This document shows positions 21,509-32,212 of a stretch of 64,000 bases of DNA, piece by piece (positions within the stretch are counted from its first letter, which is position 1; every line of letters begins with the position of its first letter). The notes beneath the pieces were generated by a model. It was not told where the DNA came from. It worked only from the letters and a program-made list of their open reading frames with translations, and searched no databases. This DNA is from Blastocladiella emersonii ATCC 22665 (Eukaryota > Fungi > Blastocladiomycota): assembly GCA_025594325.1 (NCBI GenBank), contig JANHCV010000016.1, positions 248,001 to 312,000 on the forward strand, written 5' to 3'. The position numbers were made by a program, and so were the translations under genes.

Positions 21509-23309
21509 TGATAAAACTCGTTCAAAATTTTTGGCGACCGGTAGCGTTAGGAACTGCTCCCCTCCGTGCTGGGCTTTCAACCCCTGTTTCAACCCCACCC
21601 CTCCCCCCACCTACCTCCCCCCTCCTCCTCCCAACTCAACCTCAACTCAACCTTAACTCAACTCAGCCCTTCAGCACGTCAATGAAAGATACATACGCTG
21701 CGGCGTCGTAGTTTACGCGTCGTGTGGGAAGAAATACGCGCGATTAGGGAGGGATCAGAGAAGCGATCAGATCAAGCAAGCAGAGCGAGTATCACGCGCT
21801 AGGCGCGTCGGTTCAGCAGAGCGTCATGACGCGGGACAGGGTGACGTGGTGGCGAGGAAGACATGCTCACGAGTCCTGAACGCGTTGCAAGGGTAGCGCG
21901 TGCGCAGCAACAGCTCAGCGGCGTGAAGAGACCAGCGACTATGGCCTGGAAGGCCTGCTGGAAGGTTCCCAATTCGGTCACGTTCACAGAGATCGACGCG
22001 GCCGCGATGGTCTGCTCGCCGTTCCAATGTGGGAAGTTGGAGCGGGGGACCGCGTTGCGCCCGTTGCGGTTGACCCCGAAATTGCCGCGCATCTGCTCGA
22101 GTGCGATGGCGATGAGCTTGAGCGACGTTGAGTCGTCATCCAGGGCGAGCCTGATGCGAATACCGTCCACGATCGCGACCATGGGCGACTTCTGCACTGA
22201 GTTGGGCGACTTCTGCACTGAGTTGGGTGCTTCTGCACTGAGTTGGGTGCTTCTCAAGCGCCTTTTTGGGGGAAAACTAGCGCCTTCTTCGAGATGGCGA
22301 CGGCGGGCACGCCGTCCATGGCGCGGAACGCGGCGCAAGGGACGGCGAGTCCAGTGGACCGCCAACTGCGACCAGATGCGCCGTAGCACGGTTCCAGCTG
22401 CTCGAGACAGGCGTGTGACGCGTTGGAGACCCACACAAGCAACTGGTGACGAGTCCCACCACATGGCCGTCAGAAACGCCGCGAAACCGCTGTTCCGCTT
22501 CGCGGACCAGCTGGTCTATCTGCTCGAGCGTGGGCAGCAGGGGCGGGAAGGACTCGGGGCAGCAGGCCCGCGGTGCTCCGCTCGGCGCGACGAGCGCCTC
22601 GACGGCGTTGCGCCACGCAAGAAAAGCGACAAAATCCACGATCACGCCCCGCTGGAGTGACCAGGCGGGTGTTGGCGGCTGCCGAGCATGATCGTCGCGG
22701 CCATCCGCCTCTGCTTCACAAGCCCAATCGCAAGCGAACCTTCAGCCTTGGGGCGAGCTCGCAGTGCTTGTGCGAGGCAAGCGTTTAGAATCACATGCGG
22801 GGAGTAGTCGGTGCGAAGAGCGTGTATCGACAGGTGGTGCGCGCAGCAACTCACGTCAAGGTTCATCCTTCTCATCGACAGCTCTCAGTCGCTCAAGCTC
22901 AGGAACAACGGAGACGTCCAGCGATGGCAGCACTCGTGCCGACAAGCAGTTGCGCCCCCAGCGCTGGTGCCACACACGAGCCGCCGTCTTGCCATCAGCG
23001 ACCCGAGCTTCAGTTCATGCTGCGCGCTTCGCGCGCCTTGCCGCGTCCCGGTGTTCTTCATTAGACTGCGTCAGCGTTGCTTCATGTTTAGGAACGACCG
23101 GGTCTTCTATAAGATGGATATGAGCAACGCGCGGCCCGTGCTCAACGACATCACGGTCAGGCGAGGTGGAAATTGAGCCTCAGGTGGGGTCAAGTGATCG
23201 GTTGCTAAGAGGGATGACCGTGAAAAAGTTCAGGTCACATGGGCTTCATTTTTCGGGGAGACCACTGGGGTTGAGCCCAGATTGATGGCCGTGATAAAAC
23301 TCGTTCAAA
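21509..23309. mobile_element. Putative insertion with decayed ORFs, bounded by an 18-bp direct repeat
   Basis: TGATAAAACTCGTTCAAA at 21509-21526 and 23292-23309. Imperfect inner inverted repeat (21569-21584 vs 23267-23280). Visibly lower GC than the flanks and stop-interrupted minus-strand frames; no recognisable transposase. Confidence 0.5.
22183..22253 (+). repeat. 21/20-bp tandem minisatellite
   Basis: gggcgacttctgcactgagtt x2, then gggtgcttctgcactgagtt and a partial copy; no spacers. Confidence 0.9.
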
Positions 23310-24089
23310 TTTACACTCTTGCATCGGGAACGGATCGCTGTTGATCAGATCCGCAGAGCGGGGCGACATCGGATAGGCGGCCGCTGAACCGAACACCCGG
23401 CTTGGTTAGTCCCCGACGTTATCCGCACGTGACGGCGATCGGTTGTTCGCGTCGTCACTTGAGCGCGGAGAGATGCTACTCCGCTGTAAAATCGTTCCGG
23501 ACCGCTCTTCGAAGGTCAGAATGGACCGAGAACGCGTCGAGACCGACGTTCGCGGTGAGGATCACGGCGGCCATCAGCTCGCATCGAGCTCGGTCAGGGA
23601 CATCTTCCCATCGCTGCGGACTGCTAATCGACCTCAACGATGCGCGTCAGAATTCCGCGTTCCTGCCGATCGTGAGTGCGAGCAACGTTGGGCGGACTCG
23701 TCACGATCAAGGCGCCTCGGCGCCACGTGCGGAGGCAGGGCAGGTCTGCCGTGGTCGCTCGCATGGTCGCCGAAGACCACGGGCGAGACATCAGATGCTC
23801 TCGTCATAGGTCGGCATTGGGCCTCGGATAGGCCCGCTTGCCGCGAATACGACCAGTACCCAGCGACCTGCGATCTGATGTCAAGCGACACAGCCGCCTT
23901 CCTTGCCAGCATACATATACCGCGGCCTTCCCCCTTCCGCCCGACTTGTTGGCCGTACCAAACCTTTCCTCGACTCGCCTGCACCTTGGCCTGATCTCGA
24001 TCAAGTCCGTTTCCCATGGCCATGGTCTCCTATCTTCGCCAACTCAATTCCTAACTTTCTCTCGACTGTGCCCGCTTTCAGTCGCCAAG

Positions 24090-26561
24090 ATGGCCGCGCT
24101 CAGCACAAGTTCCGGCACCACGGCCACGGGCTCGCGGCTCCCGGCCGCGCTCACGGCGCTCCTCCTTTTCGTCGCCTACGCCTTCTCGCTGTTCCGCGAC
24201 GTCTACAAGCAGTACGGCAAGCCGGACCGCAGCGTGCAGGTCGCGACCAACGGCCTCGTGTGGTACACGGACGGCCTCCACCAGGGCCTGTGGGCCGCGC
24301 CGCTGTTCCTCGCCTCCTTCATCGTCCTCGCCTCGGGCACCCGCGGCATGCGCCCGCTCACCAGCATCGTGTCGCCCGACCGCGTCGTGTTCTGGCTCCA
24401 GGTCCTGCTCGCCATCGGCAACCTCTGGTACGCGGCGTGGCCGCTGCTCGTCGTCTACGTCGTCAACACGCCGCGCCCGAACCAGAAGTGGTACAACATC
24501 ACCGAGACGGTTGTGCGTCGCCTCGCGTTCCCGCTGTTCTGGACGCTGGGATGGTTGTTCGTCTTCGCGCTGCGCTCGCCGGCCCTCTCGCCGCTGCAGG
24601 CCGCCTTCGGCATCGCGTACGAGCACTCGATCGCGCTGCACCGTGCTACCGGGTGGTGGTCGATGCTTTGGCTCGTCATCCACGTCGTCGGGTACTTTGT
24701 CGTGTTCATTGGCGAGAACGCGCTCGACGAGGAGTTCCGCTGGAAGTCGGCGCACGGGATCCTGAACAACGCTGGTGCTCTCGGCGTACGTATCTTTCTC
24801 GCTCTCGTCCCTCTCGCCCTCGCTCGCATCGTGCGAGTGGCGCAACGCGTCGTGTCGCGATGTGCGGTGCGGTGCGGTGCAACCGAACACAGCATGATGC
24901 GTTTTGTGATCCACCGCACCGCACCACGATCCCCTGTGCCCCAGAATCGCGACTAACCAACCGCACCAACACGCGAACATCTCTCTCAGGCCATCTTCTT
25001 CTTCGTCATCGGCCTCTCCTCGATCTACCTGGTCCGCCGCAAGCAGTTCAAGATCTTCGCGTGGTTCCACTGGCTGTGGATGCCCGCCATGGCGTTCACG
25101 ATCCTGCACATCGGCGCCTTCGCGTGGACCATCATCCCGCCCATGGGCCTGTACCTCATCGACCGCGTCGCGTGCCTGTGGGGCGCTGGTGCTGGTCCCG
25201 CGGGCGCCGCCTACTCGACGGCGACGGCGGTGCGCGTCTCGAACGACGTGGTCGCGCTGCTCATCCCCGTCGGCCCCGCGCCTGACTTCAAGCCCGCCAG
25301 CCCGTCCGCCGAGGAGTCGGGCAAGAAGCTGCTCGCTGGCTCGGACGGCGCCGTGCACTACTCGGACCTCGACCTCCAGCTCATGGACATCTACCAGCCC
25401 GGCCGCTACCTGTCGCTGTCGTTCCCGTTCGAGCTCGCGCCCGCGTCGCACCCCTTCTCGATCGCCGCGTACTCGCCCAAGAACCGCACCGTGTCGATCA
25501 TGATCCGCGCGCTCGGCCCGTGGACCAAGAAGCTGCACGCCATGGCGACGCCCGAGGGCGAGCCCGTGAGCCTGCGCGTCGCCGGCCCCATGTCGCACTC
25601 GGCGCTCGCGCACGACCACCTCGACGTCGAGACCATGGGCCAGGACGCGTACGGCATGGCAGAGCAGGGCGGCGACGTCCGCTCGCACCAGCGCACGCTC
25701 GTCGCGGGCGGTGTCGGTATCTCCAAGTACTCGCGCATCGCGGCGTCGTCTACGCGCCCCGACGACGACAAGTTCGACGCGTTCGGCACCGACGACTCGT
25801 CCGAGGGCGGCGGCTCGAGCAGCGGCTCGGCGACGGCGGTCGGCCGCGCTGGTGGGAACCGCAAGGTGTGGCTGTGCAAGGACCCGACCGAGCTCGCCAT
25901 GTACGCGTCGCTCGGCGCCGACCTGTCGGGCTGGGACGTGTACTCGCGCAAGGGCTTCGCGTCCGTGGTCCCCGAGAACCAGACGGCCGTGCGCACCACG
26001 TACCCGCTGTTCGAGCAGAAGGTGGCCTCGCCGCTGCACACGGCCGCGCGCATGCTCCTGTTCACGACCATGGCCGGCCTGTATATCGGCACCTACCTCG
26101 TCTCGCGCGTCGTGCTCGTGCTGCCCGACCCCAAGAAGACCAAGCTGTGCACGGGTCGCCGCGACACGCTCGAAAAGTACATGCGGTGCGGCCTGTGGTT
26201 CAACCTCATCCCGTTCCTGTCGGTCCTCGTCGCGTTCACGGCGCTGGTCCAGCTCGTGACGCTGGTCCAGATGGCGGCCACGGCGACCAAGCGCGAGGGC
26301 AGCGTCTTCTACTGCCACTCGATCCGCAACGCCGTCGCGTCGCTGCGCCTCATCGAGCGCCGCTTCGACGCTGACAACGACCTCGACCTCGCGCACGGCA
26401 CGCGCACCGCGGGCGTGCGCCGACTTCTCTCGGCCGGCGGCCTCGTCTCGGGCCAGCAGTCGTCGATGCGCTCGTGCTCGTCCAAGCCGGTGCGGAATAT
26501 GCTGCGTGACCGCGCACGGATGCACGGGGCCGTCATGACGGACGATGGAATCGGCTTCTAA
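24090..26561 (+). CDS. Ferric reductase-like transmembrane flavocytochrome, paralogue 2
   Basis: Intron 24786-24989. His ligands LHRATG, VIHVVG, WFHW, ILH; HPFSI, IRALGPW, VAGGVGISKY; C-terminus SCSSKPVRNML. Confidence 0.88.
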
Positions 26562-26922
26562 ACCCCGGCACTGGCCCGGCTGCGCTCCCGCTCTCTCTCT
26601 TCAGTACCTCATTTATTAGTCCACACAATGTAAACCCATGCATGCATCATCTTCTCCGCGACATCCTGGCCCCTTCGAGGCGCGTCCCGAAACGCGTCGA
26701 TCGGCGCCTCACGTGAGGAAATCAGATTCGCGAAGCCGGATCTGCGGCCGGATCACGCCTGATCAGACAAGACTGCGTGGGCTGCAGACCTTCACATGGG
26801 ATTCCGCGCCCCGACTTAATCTCGGTGCATCGCGTGCGTGAGAGCGCGGGCCGCCCGCGATCCTAAGTTGTCCGCGGTCGAGCGGAGAGCGAAGTGTGCG
26901 GCCTGTTGCGGAGAGGGACGTG

Positions 26923-26929
26923 TATAAAA
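26923..26929 (+). promoter_or_regulatory. TATA box of ferric reductase-like gene 3
   Basis: TATAAAA about 75 nt upstream of ATG 27004. Confidence 0.65.
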
Positions 26930-27003
26930 CGGCGTCGACTTACCCCGCTCTCTTTGAATCGGCAATCACCGTCTTCGTCTTCGTCGTCGTCGTCGTCGTC
27001 ATC

Positions 27004-29310
27004 ATGGCCGTCTCGTCCTCGCCCACGCCGTCGGCGGCCGCGACCGGGTCCCGGTTCCCGGCGTTCCTGTCGCTGTCGCTGCTGTTCCTGGCCTTCGCCT
27101 TCTCGTTCGCGCGCGACATGTTCAAGTCGCTGGTCAAGCTCGACAAGGCGGCGCTCAGCCAGACCGACCTGGGCTGGTTCTACGACGGGCTGCACCAGGG
27201 CCCGTACGCCTTCTGCCTGTTCGCGTCGTCGGCGATCGTGCTCGTCTACTCAGCGCGCGGCATGCGGCCCATGGCCACGGTCTCGTCGCCCGACCGCGCC
27301 GTGTTCTGGATCCGCGTCCTGCTCGCCGTCTTCAACGTGTTCCAGATCACCTGGGCGCTCGTCACGGTGTACGTGATCAACAGGCCCAAGCCGCAGACGT
27401 GGCCTGTCGCCCTCGAGAACGTGGCGCGCCGCATCGCGTACCCGTCCTTCTTCAACTTCGCGTGGGCGCTCGTGCTCGCGCTCCGGTCTCCCGCCATCTC
27501 GCCGCTCCAGGCCGCGCTCGGGCTCAGCTACGAGGACTCGATCAAGCTGCATCGCAGCAACGGGTGGTGGATGACCATCACGTCGGTGCTGCACGTCTCC
27601 GGCTACCTCGTCGCGTGGCTCAAGCAGGGCACCCTCGACAAGGAGCTGCGCTGGGCGTCGCCGCACGGCATGGGCAACGTGTGGGGCATCATTCAGGTTC
27701 GTCGTCCTCGTCGGATCCGCTCTCGGCAAGATCGCTAACCACATGACACTGTTCGCTCGCACCAGGCCGCCATCTTCTTCCCGCTGGTTTTCGCGTCGAT
27801 CCCGTGGATCCGCCGCAAGTCGTACCTCATCTTCACCGTGTTCCACGCAACGTGGCCCGTGCTCCTCGTCGCCTCGATCATGCACGCCACGACGTACATG
27901 CAGCCGCTGCTGCCGCCGCTCGCGCTCTTCATCATTGACCGCCTCGCGTGCCTGTACGGGACCGGTTCAGGCCCGTCCGGCGCGTCCCCAGCCGTGGCCA
28001 CGGCCGTCCGCGTCACCGACGACCTGACGGCGCTCCTGATTCCCGTCGGCCCGCTCCCGTCTTCGTCCTCGCCCGACAAGAACGACGAGAAGAACCACCT
28101 CACGTCCAACACGCACCTGTCGGCGCTCGACCAGGACCTCATCGACATGTACCAGCCCGGCCGGTTCCTGTCGGTCGGCATCACCACGTCGCTGCGCAGC
28201 TACGTCGCGCACCCGTTCTCGATCGCCGCCTACTCGCCGGCCAACCGCACCGTCACGCTCATGGTGCGCGCGCTCGGGCCCTTCACCCGCGAGCTGCACG
28301 CGCTCGCGTCGCCCGAGGGCGAGGCCGTCTCGGTCCGCGTCAAGGGGCCCTTCTCGATGCCCGTGTACCCGCGGCGTAACGCCGGCGAGGATGCGTACGC
28401 GCCGACGGACGCCGAGATCGGCGAGTCGCGCAAGGCTACAACCACGGTCGTCGCGGGCGGCGTCGGGCTGTCGAAGTACGTCCACTCGGCCACCGTGTCG
28501 CCGGCCACGCTCAAGCATTTCGCCAGCGTCAACTCGATCAAGAAGGACGCGGCCGAGATCGACGGCGACGAAGAGGTCTCGTCGTCGTCCAGCGACGCGG
28601 CGACGGCGGTCCAGGCCACGGCGACGAACGGCGGCGGCCTGCGCAAGCTGTGGCTGTGCAAGCACCCGGCCGAGATGGCCATGTACGCGGCGGTGGGCGC
28701 TGACCTGACGGGCTGGGAAGTGTACTGCAAGCAGCCGTCGAATGCGGCCGCGGGGGTCGTGCGCACGTCGTACCCGCTGTTCGCCCAAAAGGTCGCGGCG
28801 CCGCTGTCGACGCTCGCCCGCGTGTTCCTGTACGTGCTGTTCGTCGGCCTGTACCTCGCGACTTACTTCGTGTCGCGCATCATGCTCTCGGTGCCCGCCA
28901 ACGCCAAGTACTGCACCAAGCAGAACACAATGGAGCAGTTCATGCGGTGCAGCCGGTGGTTCGCGATCCTGCCGTACCTGTCGGTCCTCGTCATCTTCGG
29001 CGCCCTCGTCACGCTCGTGTCCGTGATCCGCGGCGCCGTCGCGGCTACGGAGCGGCCCGCGAGCCTCTTCTACACGCACCCGGCCGTGCCCGCGGGCATC
29101 GTCCGGTACGTGCAGCGGCGGTTCGACGCGGACCAGGACCTCGACCTCGCCGCCCGCAAGCGCAGCGCTGTCGCGCGCGTCGTGGCCGCGTGCGTCGTCG
29201 GCGAGGAGCCCGCGTTCCGCAGCTGCACGTCGGTCCCTGTCCGCGACGTCTTCCGCCAGCGCGCGCACGCGACGGGTGCGTCGTTTGTGGATGATGCGCA
29301 GGGCCTCTAG
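27004..29310 (+). CDS. Ferric reductase-like transmembrane flavocytochrome, paralogue 3
   Basis: Intron 27697-27765, at the same position as the first intron of paralogues 1 and 2. His ligands LHRSNG, VLHVSG, VFH, IMH; HPFSI; VAGGVGLSKY. Confidence 0.88.
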
Positions 29311-29470
29311 ATTGCCGAGAAGTAGTAGTAGTTTACATAAAATCCATTGTTGCACCATCCACCCTTGCGCTTGAACCAGCTGTGAGATCGGCGAGGCGCG
29401 GCTCATGGTGGGTTAGATGGTCAAAAAAAGTCGGTCGGTTGTATTCACAGGGAGTTGCTAGGCGCGAGGT

Positions 29471-29884
29471 TTATGCAGAGGCCTTGACCTGCATCTGCTC
29501 GTACTGCGCGGGCGTGTACGTTTTCTACGGGAGGACGCAGAAGTCAGTCGCCATGACCGTCGCTCGCGGCAACCAAGAGCGATGGAGCGTACCTGCGAGA
29601 AAGCGTGCATGGCACCGATCTCGGTCTTGAGCAGATCGTTGACGAGGCTACACCATCGCAGACGTCAGCCGCGTGCGCGCCGGCGCAAGCGGAACCATGA
29701 CGCACCGGTGGCGCTGGAGCAGCGTCTTACCCTCGAACAGCGGCGACACGATGACGACCTCAAAGGCAGCACCGCACCCGCCCGACTTGTCCTCGACGTC
29801 GACGTGCGTGGCCTGGACCTTGGCCAGGATCGCCTGCTTGAGCGACTCGACGGACACGGCACCAGAGGGAGCTCCAGAGGACAT
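29471..29884 (-). CDS. BOL2: BolA2/Fra2-type BolA protein (cytosolic Fe-S/iron signalling)
   Basis: Introns 29648-29705 and 29525-29592. Protein ...[61 protein letters not shown]...; SGGCG and HAFSQKT are BolA2 signatures. Confidence 0.92.
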
Positions 29885-30184
29885 GGTGGGTGGTTGATGC
29901 GTTTGTTACGTGGTAGATTGCGCCAAGTTACGGCGACTGGTTATGCTTCGTGGCAGTGAGGTCGGAGAGGAGAGGAGGCGCAGCGCGACGTCGGGTATCG
30001 GATCGGCGGACCGCGTTGGAAGGGATGATTGACGTGGCAGGCGGGCGGCGCGTCTCACGCTGCGAGACAACTCGTGCTGACCTCAGCGCGTCGAAGAATA
30101 GGGCCCCGGCGGAGGATCACCGCTCTCAAAAGCCGGGACGCAGCTTCGCGGCTCCTACATACCTGTTGCAACGTAAACTAGACC

Positions 30185-31160
30185 ATGTCATCGACCACGG
30201 ACGCTGCTGCTGTTCGCCAGCGTAAGATGGACACGCCCGCCGCTGAGACTGCTGTCTTGTCCGCCGACCGCGCCAACACGCACCTGTGGTACCTGGGCTA
30301 TGGCTCGAACGTAAGCATTTGACCCGGCGTTGCACCGCGATCGCGTCGCTGACGTCCGTATGGGTGCCGTCCAGATGAACCCCAAGGTCCTGACGGGCCG
30401 CCGCAAGGTGCACCCGGTCGAGTCGGCGCCGGTGCGCGTGCCCGGGTACAAGCTCACGTTCGACTGCCGCGGGTTCCCGTACCTCGAGCCGAGCTTCGCG
30501 TCGATCGACGTGCGCGACGCGAGCAAAGACACGGTGCCCGAGCTGCACGGCGTCGCGTTTCTCATCACCAAGGACGAGTACCAGCAGATCCGCGATACTG
30601 AGGGGCTCGGTACGCTTCCGTACGGATGTGCGCTTGCGGGTTGTGCTGATTCGCGCGATTGTAGCATACGCGGACGTCGAGGTCAAGTGCACTGGCGTCG
30701 GCAGCGAGTTTGCGGGTCGCACCATCTTTGCGCGCGGGCTGATCCAGATGAAAGAGTACCGCCACGGCGACCGGGTACCGTCCACGCGGTACATGGGGCT
30801 GGTACGCTGCTCAACTCTCACCGCGGGCGCGAACGCGGCTGACCCGCTGTCCCATCCATGTAGCTCGTCGAGGGCTCAGAGCACTACAAGCTGCCCGAGT
30901 CGTACCAGGACTGGCTCAAGAGCCTCCCGCACTACCAGCCCACGTCGATCCTGCAGAAGGTCGGGCGCGTCATCACCCTCCTCATCGGCGTGCCCTTCTT
31001 CCTCATCACGCTGCTGATCCGCCGACTCTTCAAGCTATTCGGCGCCGCCACGCCGCAGGGTATGCTCGTCGTGTTCGAGGCGTACGGCAGCTTTATCTGG
31101 CTGCTGTACGCGTACCTGCTGCGGCCGATCCTGGGCGACGGCGGCGACGCACGCGCGTGA
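30185..31160 (+). CDS. Gamma-glutamylcyclotransferase (GliK-like) with C-terminal hydrophobic segments
   Basis: WYLGYGSN|MNPKVL, LTFDCRGFPYLEPSFASI, LHGVAFLIT, TEG, PSTRYMGL|LVEG...HYKLPESYQDWL; three introns. Confidence 0.85.
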
Positions 31161-32212
31161 TAGAGCGAGTATCTTGCACATTCTGAATAAGCAAACGCGT
31201 AGTGATACGTTCGTGGCCAGCATGCGGACCGGAACGACGTGCAAGATGGCACCCACGTGATAGATCGTCGCGTCTCGCAGCATGTCTCCGAGTCAGGGCG
31301 GAGCCATCGTCGGTTGAAAGGCAACGGAAGCGAAATGATGTTTCAGCCCCCGCCGTTGTTTTTGGAGCGGCGCGTGCTCGATTTCTTGAGGTTTCAGGTT
31401 CCACGCCGGCGACCTCGTTGTTTCTGCAGCACGGCCGCAGCAAGAAGGGCCTGGCCGCCGCCGTCGCCGTCCACGATGCTCGTCGGGCGCCGCCTCCGCC
31501 TCCGCCCACGCCTGCGCCGCCGCCCCCACTCACTCTCGCTCTGCATCGACCTGCATTGAGCGCCGTGATCGACGTGGAGAATACATAGTCCAGTCGCTGC
31601 CCCTTCATCCAGTTTCCCGGGATCCGTGGCCGTTGAGCCTCAAGTGCCGTTCCCACGCTCCACCTCGGCGGCCCGTTGCAGCAACCGCGACCCACGACCC
31701 ACGACCGCGGCCACGACCCCGCCTACAAGCCTCCGTCCGCTCCGCCTCCCCCGCACGCTTGCAATCTGGTGCTGCAGAGCAACCGTTTGCTCGGCCCCAC
31801 CCCGCGCTCCCGGCCGTTGCTCTCCGCCTGCACGCCCCGCGAACCCTCGGCAACGCAACGCAACACCTCCCCGCGCCCGTGGTTCGCTGTGATCCCGCAT
31901 CGTCTCGTCCTCGGCGATCCTCACCTACCACGGGTCGACTCCACTCGGCTCGCCTCGTCGCCGTCCACGTCGCGATCCTCGGCCCCGACCTGATCGACCT
32001 GCTCCCCATCCGCCGCGCACCTTCCGTCGCCAACGAACGGGCGATCGCCACCAGGTGCGTGCGTGAGTCTCTCGCTGCGGTATGACGGTGGGCGTCGAGA
32101 CGCCCGTGTGACCCGCCCGCCCGTCCGAGTCGAGCGTGTTCTCCCTCCGCTGACCCCAGGTTATTTTTGGTCGGCGACGTGTGTAGCCATCTCCTCTCCC
32201 CTCCTCGTCGCC

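Noticed and set aside
21586-21665. Interstitial telomeric array
   Set aside because: The CTCAAC/CCTCAA units are irregular and do not match a TTAGGG-type repeat; treated as part of the insert.
22183-22253. CRISPR-like short repeats
   Set aside because: Units are directly adjacent with no spacers, there are no cas genes, and the context is eukaryotic; it is a minisatellite.
24078-26525. 815-aa minus-strand ORF and similar long ORFs (2371-4368, 27967-29406, 52343-54775, 55778-57511)
   Set aside because: Antisense or out-of-frame shadows of real genes caused by high GC3; R/G/A-rich with no motifs.
19051-29310. NADPH oxidase (NOX) call for the three flavocytochromes
   Set aside because: No EF hands or NOX-specific motifs seen, terminal CGP altered, tandem array with FRO-like topology; ferric reductase-like is the better call.
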